Under the pieces are notes generated by a model that was not told where the DNA came from, ran no database searches, and was given only the letters and a program-made list of their open reading frames with translations. DNA of 63,997 bases, counting the filler, from Octopus bimaculoides (taxonomy: Eukaryota), in NCBI RefSeq assembly GCF_001194135.2. It is 5 parts of 5 records of this genome, joined end to end, with 100 filler letters (N's around TTAATTAATTAA, not from the genome) between each part and the next. Parts side by side here need not be neighbours in the genome. Positions count along the whole stretch, not along the records: positions 50,898 to 62,038 come from NC_068983.1; positions 62,139 to 63,997 come from NW_026325192.1; 3 more parts are not named here. The stretch is one strand, 5' to 3'. Shown piece after piece: positions 51,799 to 62,579 of this stretch; positions within the stretch are counted from its first letter, which is position 1; each line of letters starts with the position of its first letter. Made by a program: the position numbers and the translations under genes.

Positions 51799-52106
51799 GT
51801 GAAGGCGCTTGGCTTAGTGGTTAGGGCATTCGGCTAACGATCGTAAAGTTGTGAGTTCAATTCCCGACCAAGCGCTGTATCCTTCAGCAAGGCTCTTTAT
51901 TTCACGCTGCTTCAGTCCACTCAGCTGGCAAAAATGAGTAGTGCCTGTATTTTAAAGGCCGGCCTTGTCACACTTTGTTTTACGCTGAATCTCCCTGAGA
52001 ACTACGTTTAGGGTACACGTGTCTGTGGAGTGCTCAGCCACTAGCATGTTAGTTTCACGAGCAAGCTGTTCTGTTCATCGTATCAGCTGGGACCCTCGTC
52101 GTAACC
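51799..52106 (+). mobile_element. tRNA-derived SINE: head C + tail T1, full length
   Basis: GTGAAGGCGCTTGGCTTAGTGG (A box), GAGTTCAATTCCC (B box), same body and tail as 45717. Confidence 0.9.
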
Positions 52107-52201
52107 CACACAATGCTCCTTTATTACATCTGTGATGAAGTTTCTTATATCTAGTTTAATTTACTGTAAGGCCTCAACCCTAAATTATTATCGTAAACTT
52201 A

Positions 52202-52728
52202 CCGTATTTTCCTGCATACAAGTCGAATTTTTCAAACCAAAATTTACACCAAAATGTAGGTAGGTCAAACTATACACCAGCAAGTTGTTGCTGTTGTTGT
52301 TTGTTCCTTCTCGTGCTACGCCTGACTCATAAGGGCCGGTTTCCCGGTTTCATTGGCGTATATGTTCCCTAGCTGGACGGGACGCCAGTCCGTCGCAGGT
52401 GAGCTGCTAGAGGCACGAGGAAAGAGTGAGAGAAAGTTGTGGCCAAAAAGTCAGCAGAAGTTCGCCATTACTTTCTGCCGGAGCCGCGTGGAACTTAGGT
52501 GTTTCGCTCATAAACACACATCGCAGGTCTGAAATTTGAATCCGCGATCTCTCGACCGAAGTCCGCTGCTTTAACCACTAGGCCATGTGACTTCACAAGG
52601 TGACTTTGTAGGACCAAAAATTCCACATGAAATGCAGCAGGATTTAGAAAGGTAGCGAAGACTTTTGAATGTTTATATTATATGCTTACACTACATACAA
52701 CGTCGACTTGTATGCCGGAAAATACATG
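52202..52728. mobile_element. CCGTA-terminus MITE (pogo/Tigger-like) interrupted by a SINE
   Basis: TIRs CCGTATTTTCCTGCATACAAGTCGA (52202) and TCGACTTGTATGCCGGAAAATAC (52703-52725); same terminal type as the 5288 MITE. Confidence 0.7.
52283..52596 (-). mobile_element. tRNA-derived SINE: head D + tail T2, nested in the MITE
   Basis: Minus: TGGCCTAGTGGTTAAAGCAGCGGACTTCGGTCGAGAGATCGCGGATTCAAA (tRNA-Arg(TCG)-like), then GACGGACTGGCGTCCCGTCCAG..GAAACCGGGAAACCGGCCCTTATGAG and an (AAC)n end. Confidence 0.85.
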
Positions 52729-54905
52729 CCAGAAATAAAGCATTTCATTACTAAATATCATCAACATTGTTACGAATAGGAATATTAAAGCGTCGAGCTG
52801 ACAGAATCCTTAAGACGCCAGGCAAAATGCTTAGTGGCATTTCGTCTGTCTTTACGTTTTAAGTTCGAGTTCCGTCGAGGTCGACTTTGCCTTCCCTCTA
52901 TTTGGGGTTGATAAAATAAGTTGATCAGTGGAAGCGGTGTAATCGAGCTTCCTACTCTCCTGAGATTGAAGGCGGTGTGCCTATATATGATACCGCTATG
53001 AGTAGTAATACTGATTTGTGATGTTATGAATCAGAAGGATATTAGCTTTGTCAAGGATATTAGTAAATCGTTCTTTACTTACAGTTAATGTGGTTATGTT
53101 CTAACTACAATTAATATCAAATAAGAAAAGTGTATATTTGCGGCAATATCCGTGCATATTTTTTATAAGAAGTTTTGTTTTAAGTCATCAAACAATACTT
53201 CCTGAAATTGGTAGGTACCAGTTAGATGTTACAAGCATTCTTATATAAACGAACCATGACGCCAAAGAAAATTAATTAATGTAATATTTGACATTAATTA
53301 TAATCATTAGAATTATTTCCCGAAAGGGTGACAAGCCAAAATGTCACATCATACTCTCTATCTTTATTTATGTATTTTGATTTTTAAATTGTCATATTAC
53401 AAGTCACATGTTTCGTGACGTGATTTATGGATTTAATTAAATTTAGCGTCGAATAAATATTTTCATTAATTTTCATCCTTCAAACAATAACCAATCTAAA
53501 GCAGTATTATTAGTAGATGTTGGACGTACAAAATAAAACCTATTCTTTTTTCTTTTTTTAAGTGACATTGTAGTAAAAAGTTAAGGAACGATTACTATCT
53601 TGAGAGACTTAGAGAAAGAAACAAAAAAAATGGAAAAAGAAATTATAAAGTTAAGTGTGAAAGATAGAGACATTTATTTTATGTTAGCACAAAAGAATTA
53701 AACGCCACAGGACATAAGTGACGTGCACGAGAAGAGTGATTCTAATACCGTATTGTGAGATTAATATCAAATTAGATTTGTGATATCTCATATATTAAGT
53801 TAATTTTCGTCAATTGGAGCCAAGTATCTTAGTAGGAAAGATAAAAATCAATCAATAATTGTTACTGAAGAGATGTTGTTGTGAGAAAGACACAATAAGT
53901 AGAGATGATTTCGTATGTTTATCATCATTATCATCATGTTCTTATTATTGTTGATATCATCACTTATGCTTTCGAAAGAAGCATAACTCTCAAAAGCTTA
54001 TTCTTTCTCATTTAAATATACCGCTGCCCCTGCCACCATCTATGCAAGAAGCAATTACAATTTAGCAGTTGAATTCACGTTAGAAATAAGAACATTGTAA
54101 TTTATTTTCGTCTGTATTTATTTCGAGCTCTACAGTTCAAATCACCATTTGTGCAAATACTTGAGAAGGTGATAGCAGTGAGGTCAATTTTATACTGAAG
54201 AGTACGAGTGAAAGTAGAGCAGAAATGGCACATTTGCTTATATATATATANNNNNNNNNNNNNNNNNNNNNNNNNNNNNNNNNNNNNNNNNNNNNNNNNN
54301 NNNNNNNNNNNNNNNNNNNNNNNNTATATATACCTCTCGATATAGTTATCGGGAAATAGATTTTACGCATTTAACATTATTTGTTAAATATCATGGTCAT
54401 ATGATATTCTATCTTACATTTTATTATTCATTGTATTTGGTCACAAATGTTCAAGGAAAGAAAAATCAACAATGATATTTGGACAAAGTCGTCTGGCAAC
54501 TTCTACTTTAGGTACAAAGTCTGTACAGCAAAGTTATGCGATCTTTCATCGTATAAGCAACATAAGTGAAGTTAATACTTTTCAAATGGAAAATAATATT
54601 CTAATGACAGGCTCATTTCGCTCAGTTCTTAACAGCTGCTGTACAGTACTTACCATACAAATGTAATCAATAATTATTCAATAATGATTTCTCAGTTATG
54701 TGTAAACCCACAAATTTAAAGCAAAGGGAAAAAATACTCTAACGATCAATGTCTTTAATGACATCAGGTGCACAAGGGTAGTACATTTTCAACCATTCAA
54801 GAAAATAAGGCTACAAAATCTATGTGCTCCGGCATGGCTGCAGTCAAATGAATGAAACAAGTGAAAGAATAAAAGAATATATATATGATGAATGCTTCAA
54901 CTTAC

Positions 54906-54990
54906 GTAGCTTCAATAACAACACCGACTCCTCTTGGTTGAACGGCTTCAGTTATGGCCACAGCAATCTGTTTAGTTAAGCGCTCCTGTA
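54906..54990 (-). CDS. GCH1: Internal coding exon of GTP cyclohydrolase I (equivalent to vertebrate exon 5)
   Basis: Minus: TTTTTTCAATTGCAG | TACAGGAGCGC..GAAGCTAC | GTAAGT; 85 nt, phase 1 in and phase 2 out. Encodes (V)[27 protein letters not shown](T), against human [29 protein letters not shown] as recalled. Too short for the ORF track. Confidence 0.93.
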
Positions 54991-56223
54991 CTGCAATTGA
55001 AAAAATAATGTCAATCACCAAAATTTACTTTACTTATCGCTTATTCTTATGAAAATATTTTGAAATTAAGAAAATTAAACAATATTTGTTTTTCGAACCG
55101 TTCCATTTTCCACTACAATTAATTCCTTGTTTAAAGATATGACATTTTAAGAAAGGGATGAAGACGGAGAATATCAATGAGAAAATGGGAAGTTGAGTAA
55201 CCTGTTCGACAATAAAAATGGCAGGATCTATATAAACTCATATTTCTAAACCGCTCACTCCTGATGATGTGTCTTTGGACCTGAAATATGTAAAGTTTAT
55301 TCAACTTTCCCTTTCTGCATTGTGTCAAACTCGCTGTCTCCATTATTTTGTGATATTACTTCTAGATCACAATACCTAAAACAAACTACGACGCTCTTCT
55401 TTCATATGATATTTTGTTGGACTGCAACAAAAATCGTTAATACTTTCAACGATAAGCTGAAGACATGAGATTTAGTGAAAAGCAACTTGTTCACTACATC
55501 GTCTCCAGTGCTTGACTGCTACTTATCTCACCGAACCCTTAAAGGATGAAAGGTAAAGTCGACTTTAGCTGAAATTGAACTCTTAGCGTAGAGGGACGAA
55601 ATGCTAGCTCACCGTCTTTAATGGTTTCAAATACTGGAACAAAGACAACAATTTTAGATGAAGAGGCAAGTCGATTACATCGACCCAGCAATTATTTTAT
55701 CAATCCCGAGAGAATGAAAGGTAAAGTTGACCACGGTGGAACTTGAACTCAGAACTTTTAAACAGACGATATGCCGGTAGGCATTTTTTCCGGCGTGCTA
55801 ATTATTCTGCCAGCTCACTGCCTTCTTCATAATAATTTACAAATTACACACATTTATATTTACAATTTACAAATTACACATATTTACAAATTACACAAAT
55901 GATTTTTTGTGAGTTTCTGTGCGTAGGAGTGGATTTTTACCAAATATTTATTTTTAAAAAATCATCTGTTTGGGTATCTCCTGAAGAAAGTCAAAAACAT
56001 CTGAATATGTATTACAACATGGTTATTTTTCCACATCTCAACGTGATTTTAGAATATGATAAATATATTCTATCTACATAAAAACATGATTAAAACCACG
56101 TTAGTTTGTGTGCACTTTGTTTATGTCCGCACATACTATCATATATAAGCACATGTGTGTGTGTGTGTGTAAATATATTTATATTTATATATCTATATCT
56201 ACATCTATATACATATATATATA

Positions 56224-57101
56224 TAATACAAATAATATATGAGTATATGCATATATACGTACATGTATGTACATACCTACACCTACATGTATATATAGAT
56301 GCATATCTGGGTACAGGACGTTGCAAAAAGACGTGGGCAAAATGATAAAAAGAGTACAGAAAACACACAGGCCACATAGAGAACATTTCCTTCATCAGCT
56401 TCCACCATTCTAAAACTAAGCGTTTCGAAGAGTTAGAGCAGGACGCATTGTTAGAATGGCTCTTCCCACGGACCACAAATTAAATTTGTAACGTGGAGGG
56501 ATGTAGTGGCGGACAGAAAACAAGACAGGAAAACGAAACAGTGAAAATAAACAAAAAAGGCTATACGGCCAGACGTGAAAAAAAAAATGTGTATATTGAA
56601 CGCTGTGAAGCAAGGAACTGGAAGGAAGAGAGACGAAGAATGTTCGTGCGAGTTTGGCGATAGCCAAGATATGAAAGGAAGAGAAGTAGCCGGACACGTG
56701 ACCAGCGAGGGGTAAGGAGAAAGAGTGGTGGAGGGAGAAAAAAGGGGAGGAAGTAGAACATAGGTGAGCAACGAGAGACAGGGAGGCAAAGAGAGATATA
56801 GTAGTGAAGGGGAGAGGCGAAGAACAACAGAAGGAAGAACGAGAGGGGAAGAAAGATACAAAGATAGATAAAATCGCGTCAGAAATATAAAGTTAAAACT
56901 TATTTGCAAGGATGACGCGTGCGTTCGATCATGTAATACAAATAATATATGAGTATATGCATATATACGTACATGTATGTACATACCTACATCTACATGT
57001 ATATATAGATACATTTCTGGGTACAGGACGTTGCAAAAGAACGTGGACAAAATGATAAACAGAGTACAGAAAACACACAGGACACATAGAGAACATTTCC
57101 T
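56224..57101. repeat. Two 168-bp direct repeats 710 bp apart flanking a purine-rich spacer (partial-tandem, pLTR-like)
   Basis: 56224-56391 matches 56934-57101 with few substitutions. The right copy stops exactly where a SINE begins (57102). Confidence 0.85.
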
Positions 57102-57280
57102 AGGCTCATAAGGCCGGTTTCCAGGATTCTGTGGCGCATACATTTCCCCACCTTCCAGGATTGCTCCTTTTTGCTATCTGAATGGACTAATGCAACGGGA
57201 AATGGTATGTTTTGCTCGAGAACACAATGCATCGCGCTGTCCTGAAACCGGAATCACGCTCTTCTGATTATGAGTGCAAT
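57102..57280 (-). mobile_element. Degenerate tRNA-SINE: head/body C + partial tail T2
   Basis: GGCTCATAAGGCCGGTTTCCAGG at the left end matches tail T2 (52325); body matches 45600-45690. Confidence 0.6.
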
Positions 57281-57970
57281 GACGGAATTCGTTTTATTCT
57301 TATGATTTCTTATAGTCTAGCGTCCTGGTTTTTAAAAACATCTAATATTAGAACTGAATCTGAAAGATTGCTTGGAGATACATGCCGTTATATAAATCTC
57401 ATAATTTAATATTTCATGAAACTATTGGTAGCTCTTTTATGATTGTGTAGATTAAATTATATTTATTTCTCACAGGTTGGAGTATTTTTATTGTTGATCC
57501 TACCTATATNNNNNNNNNNNNNNNNNNNNNNNNNNNNNNNNNNNNNNNNNNNNNNNNNNNNNNNNNNNNNNNNNNNNNNNNNNNNNNNNNNNNNNNNNNN
57601 NNNNNNNNNNNNNNNNNNNNNNNNNNNNNNNNNNNNNNNNNNNNNNNNNNNNNNNNNNNNNNNNNNNNNNNNNNNNNNNNNNNNNNAGAGAGAGAGAGAG
57701 AGGGAGAGAGAGAGAGAGGGAGAGAGACAAACATATATAAAGTTATACAAACAGTCAGAATATTTCATGTTCTTGTCAGATATGTCTGAAGAGTGCAAAA
57801 TCACACTTCTTATCTAATTTTGTATGAAACTTTTTGGCAACATCGTTTATCTGGAATATTGTTCTTAATTTGTAATTTTCTATTCAGATTATATCTTTAC
57901 ATTATATCAGATGTGACCTTTTTCCTAACTTATGAACTTTCCTTGGACAACAACATATGTATATATACCC

Positions 57971-58042
<72 letters not shown>

Positions 58043-58147
58043 NNNNNNNNNNNNNNNNNNNNNNNNNNNNNNNNNNNNNNNNNNNNNNNNNNNNNNNNNN
58101 NNNNNNNNNNNNNNNNNNNNNNNNNNNNNNNNNNNNNNNNNNNNNNN

Positions 58148-58219
<72 letters not shown>

Positions 58220-58974
58220 GCATTTAATGACGAATCATAATTTTTGCTTTAATAGGACTTAAGTTAATCATTTAGGTTGCACGAAAGAAGCTCGCAGAAG
58301 AAAACAAAATAATTCTAAGTGTCTATGAATAACTGATGATAAAGATATTTACGAAAAGTAGGTGAAAAGTCACATCTCTAACCTTAAGCAGTTGGTTTCT
58401 AACGCAGACTGGAAATTGATTGTTTTGAAGAAACGAAAAACTTTCTCATGGTGCTTAGCAGTTTAGAAGAATTTAGGTATCCCACACTTAGAATAGAAAC
58501 TAGGTCATAGATTTGGATATCATGAGCTTGCCCCTCCTATGTGATACTAGCGAAAACTCAAATACTTGTTGTTTTCAGTGACAATGATTCTGAGGTGGTT
58601 GGGAGAAAATTAATGCTTTAGTGTTTATATGTATATCAAGGACATTAAAGACGTCAGCGGCGTGAAGTAGCTCAACCTGCCTCTCCTTGCCACAACCCCG
58701 TCCTGCCCAAGAAAAGCCTTTTTCATTTGATATGAATTATTTCTGTTTGACATACTTTTATTCTGTTTCTTTAAATGCATCTAAAATCTACCAAGGAAAA
58801 ACCAAATATCTAAACAATTACAGACATACATCTAATTACAAACACACACATGCATACACATTTAGTCACACCCACCCACATATATAGTCAAACGTACGTA
58901 TACATTTATGCTTATACATATGAATATATGTATGTGCTTGTGTATGTATGTATGTATGTAAACACTGAAGATGA

Positions 58975-59497
58975 CTCACTAGTCAAAAACAAAAGTGAGC
59001 ACATCCCACACAAAGGTAGAAATAAAAATCTAGATGAATTCTGCAACCACATCGAGAACTTCCCTTACCACACCATGCATAAACAGACAGTTAACTCAAA
59101 CTTTAACACTACACAATGGAAGGAACTAATAGAACTCCAAAATGATGAAGATATTACGATTAAGGAAGCAGATAAAGGAAGTGCAGTAGTAATAATGGAC
59201 ACATTATACTATAGAAACATAGTAATCTCCATGCTGGATGACAACCAACACTATGAAAAAGTCACAAACTACACCCCACAAAAAATAATGAAAACCCTGT
59301 CCTCACTAATTAAAACACATGGAAATGAACTGACAACCAAGGAGATTGATTTTCTAACAAACTTCAAATGCAAGCCCAGCCTTTTCTATGGTCTGCCAAA
59401 AATACACAAAAGCCAGATCATAAATGAAACCATCAAAAAATCACCAAAGACATACATACATACACCAAACCCGGGGGATCTAAAACTGCGACCCATC
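58975..59497 (+). mobile_element. Penelope-like element RT N-terminal fragment
   Basis: ORF 58850-59563 includes ITIKEADKGSAVVIMD..Y...MLDD..HY and FYGLPKIHK..LKLRPI (PLE RT signatures); it breaks off after LRPI. Confidence 0.9.
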
Positions 59498-59645
59498 AAT
59501 TTCTCAAAATACAATGTTTATATACCAAAAAGATTTTATAACATTTTTCTAACATTTTTCTGACATAATTTAAATATATACTTTAACCAAGTAACACAAG
59601 CTTTCTGTAGTTTTTTCACTCTTATTATCTTTTATATATATATAT

Positions 59646-60556
59646 ACGTGATCTGATGGTCTGATCAATAAGTATCCGGACTGTTGCTATAGTAACGATG
59701 CTAAAGCACGCAGAGAGAAGGTGCTTGGCATAGATTGACCTTAAACTCTGCTGTGCATGCGCACTAAGTTTTAACGTTCTAACTCACTTTCGTTGTTTAC
59801 GGCAGTGCTTGGAAGGAAGGTGTTTAGCGTATGATCATCACATTGACCATGATAGAGAAAGTTGAGTAGAGAATCTGCATCAAATTTTGCCAAAAGCTTG
59901 ACGACACCTGCTCAGAGGCCTATGCAAAGTCTTCAAAAAATGTTCATCGTTCTCGACACAAGCAAGGTGATCTTGTGCAACTGAAACTCGAGTGTCTTCT
60001 GGGTCATCTGAAAATAGTTTTGGCACAAATTTGGCAGACACGCGTCTCATACCCAAATCTTCATTGATAATGGACTTAACCGAACTGTATTTAATCTGCA
60101 CATCCTCTGATAACTCACGGATGTTGATTGGACGATTTCCCCTCACAGCAGCACGCACATCTGCGATGTTTTTCTCAGTTCTGCCGGCTGCAGGTCCCCT
60201 AGAATGTTCGTCAATATCGACATTTTTTGGTCATCTTGGAAACGTCTCAACCACTTGTACAATTGTGTGTAGCTCATTTACTCTTCGCCATACACTTTCT
60301 GCAACTTTGTGTAGGCCTCTGAGCATGTATCGCCGTGACAACTTTGTCATGGTCAATGCGACGATCGCACCCTACACACCTTCCTTCCACTCACTGCTGT
60401 AAACAGCATAAGTGAACTAGAACGTCAAAACTTAGTGTGTATGCACAGCAGATTTCAAGGTCAATCTTTGTCAAACGGCTTCACCCTGCATTCTTAAGCT
60501 TCGTTACTGCATGCTTGAGCTTCGTCAACAGTCCGGATACTTATTGATCAAACCTT
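59646..60556. mobile_element. Mariner derivative made of two facing 5' ends (long inverted arms)
   Basis: TIR GGTCTGATCAATAAGTATCCGGACTGTTG / CAACAGTCCGGATACTTATTGATCAAACC with TA flanks. Left arm: TIR, 5' UTR and M.EKVE*RICIKFCQKL..CSEAYAK on +. Right arm: the same UTR and a longer transposase N-terminus on - (..INIRELSEDV..DLGMRRVSAKFVPK). Confidence 0.88.
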
Positions 60557-61214
60557 ATATATATATATATATATATATATCGGCATAGAACTCAATATAC
60601 ATATGCTTCAGAACATAGTGTTAGTCGAGCACAGAGCAGTAATAAGAAAATGAGATGACAAAAGAATAAATGATCATCTTATGAACTTCATCTGCTTACA
60701 GCTGTTTCTGCTCTAACTTGCACTGAACACATAGTTGAGTGCCTGAGTAACACCTTGTTTTCAACGGACCCTCAAATATGAATTCATCTCATTTTCTTTA
60801 TATATATATATATTTGAAAAAGAAAAAGAATATCTTTATNNNNNNNNNNNNNNNNNNNNNNNNNNNNNNNNNNNNNNNNNNNNNNNNNNNNNNNNNNNNN
60901 NNNNNNNNNNNNNNNNNNNNNNNNNNNNNNNNNNNNNNNNNNNNNNNNNNNNNNNNNNNNNNNNNNNNNNNNNNNNNNNNNNNNNNNNNNNNNNNNNNNN
61001 NNNNNNNNNNNNNNNNNNNNNNNNNNNNNNNNNNNNNNNNNNNNNNNNGATTCTATATATGGGATTTGGGTGTGTTTAGAGTGGGGTTGGGGTTTGGTAA
61101 TCAGTGTGGGAGTAAAAGTAGTGAATGGTCAACACAAGATACTTGATTGGAGTGGAGGTGGGAGGTGGTGGTGTGTTAAAGGTGTGTTTTGTGAAGCCAT
61201 TTGAATAGCTGACC

Positions 61215-61900
61215 TTTCGTCAGATATCTTAATGACTAGATGTTTTCCAAATTCTTTCTAATTGACCATTGCTCCAAATTGCTCCCTAGACCATCACAGA
61301 ATAACTGTCGTGTTTCATTGTTGGCTGCAATCTTTTCACATCAAATTCTTGATCACAGAGTCTCCAGTCCCACACTCGACCACAGTCAGGAAATACAGTA
61401 AACCTGGACTCATCAAAGAATATCACAGTGTCCCAAAATGCTAGTGGCCTCTCCATCATCTCACTGGCTTAATCTTTTCTCCGCTTGATGTTGGCTGGTC
61501 GAAGAAGTGGCTTCCTTCTTGCTGCTCTGCCATAGTAGCCAAGTTTGTGGAAATAACTGACAGCTGTTCTGGGAATGACATCAATTTGTTCTGCTATGTC
61601 AGAGGCCTTGCAACGAGGATTATCCGCCACACTTCTCTTAACAAGGAGAAGGGTCCTGTCAGAGGACCTTGGTTGATCTAGGAGAGGTGATGTGATCGCT
61701 TTCCCCTCTCTGGTAATTTGCACCATCACTCTATTAACTGTAGAAAGCGGGATCCCCAGATTTTCTGCGATTTAACGAACTGTCCACATTCAGAATGACC
61801 CACAATACAGCCTATTTGAAATTCAGACAGTTCTAAGGCTTCTTTTGTATGTGGTATGATTAAACAGTCACATATAGAACCTGAAACATAAAAATATCAA
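61215..61900 (-). mobile_element. Tc1-family transposase remnant
   Basis: LSEFQIGCIVG N-terminus, ..LGYYGRAARRKPLLRPANIKRR, then FWDTVIFFDESRF (first catalytic D) and LQPTMKH..SVMV*GAI. Confidence 0.88.
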
Positions 61901-61987
61901 TTAACAAAAAAATATAAACCTTTTCAAGTTAGAATAAACATAAAACGATGTTTTAGGGGGTGTTTATTTACTTCTGTCATGTCTGTG

Positions 61988-62038
<51 letters not shown>

Positions 62039-62579
62039 NNNNNNNNNNNNNNNNNNNNNNNNNNNNNNNNNNNNNNNNNNNNTTAATTAATTAANNNNNN
62101 NNNNNNNNNNNNNNNNNNNNNNNNNNNNNNNNNNNNNNATAGAAATGATGATATCTGAGAGATTTTTTGTGTTTTGGTTATAGGGATATAAGATTTTTAT
62201 ATATATATCTACAGGCATGCTGTGTGGTAAGAATTTTGCTTGCCAGCCCCATTGTTCCAGGTTCAGTCTCACTGTGTGTCATGTTGGGCAACTGTCTTGT
62301 ACTGTAACCTTGGGCTGTCGAAAGCCTTGCAAGTGGATTTGAGAGATGGAAACTGAAAGAGATCTGATATATATAAGTAGGCAAATGAAAAAAGGTCACT
62401 CAACACATTTATTGGGAGCTACAAGTATGGATTAAAATAGTTTGATTCCTACTCTGAGTTTCAAGTGAGATGCTAATCTTTCAAACTCCCATGGCTGAAG
62501 TTTAGCATCATGCTGGAAACTCTGAGTACCAAGGAGCTTGTATCAAACTGTTTTGATCCCTATATATATATATATATAT

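Noticed and set aside
54640-54670. Minus-strand YICMV as a possible GCH1 last exon (HMCMV)
   Set aside because: There is no acceptor, and the following residues (STVQQLLRT) do not match MRGVQKMNS.
55131-55343. 70-aa minus ORF with an internal TTTCAG acceptor next to the GCH1 exon
   Set aside because: No frame matches any GCH1 exon or other recognisable protein.
56385-56430. CTGATGA and GAAAC as a type II hammerhead
   Set aside because: No credible stem I and a GUU/UUA triplet in poor register; kept only as context for the direct-repeat finding.
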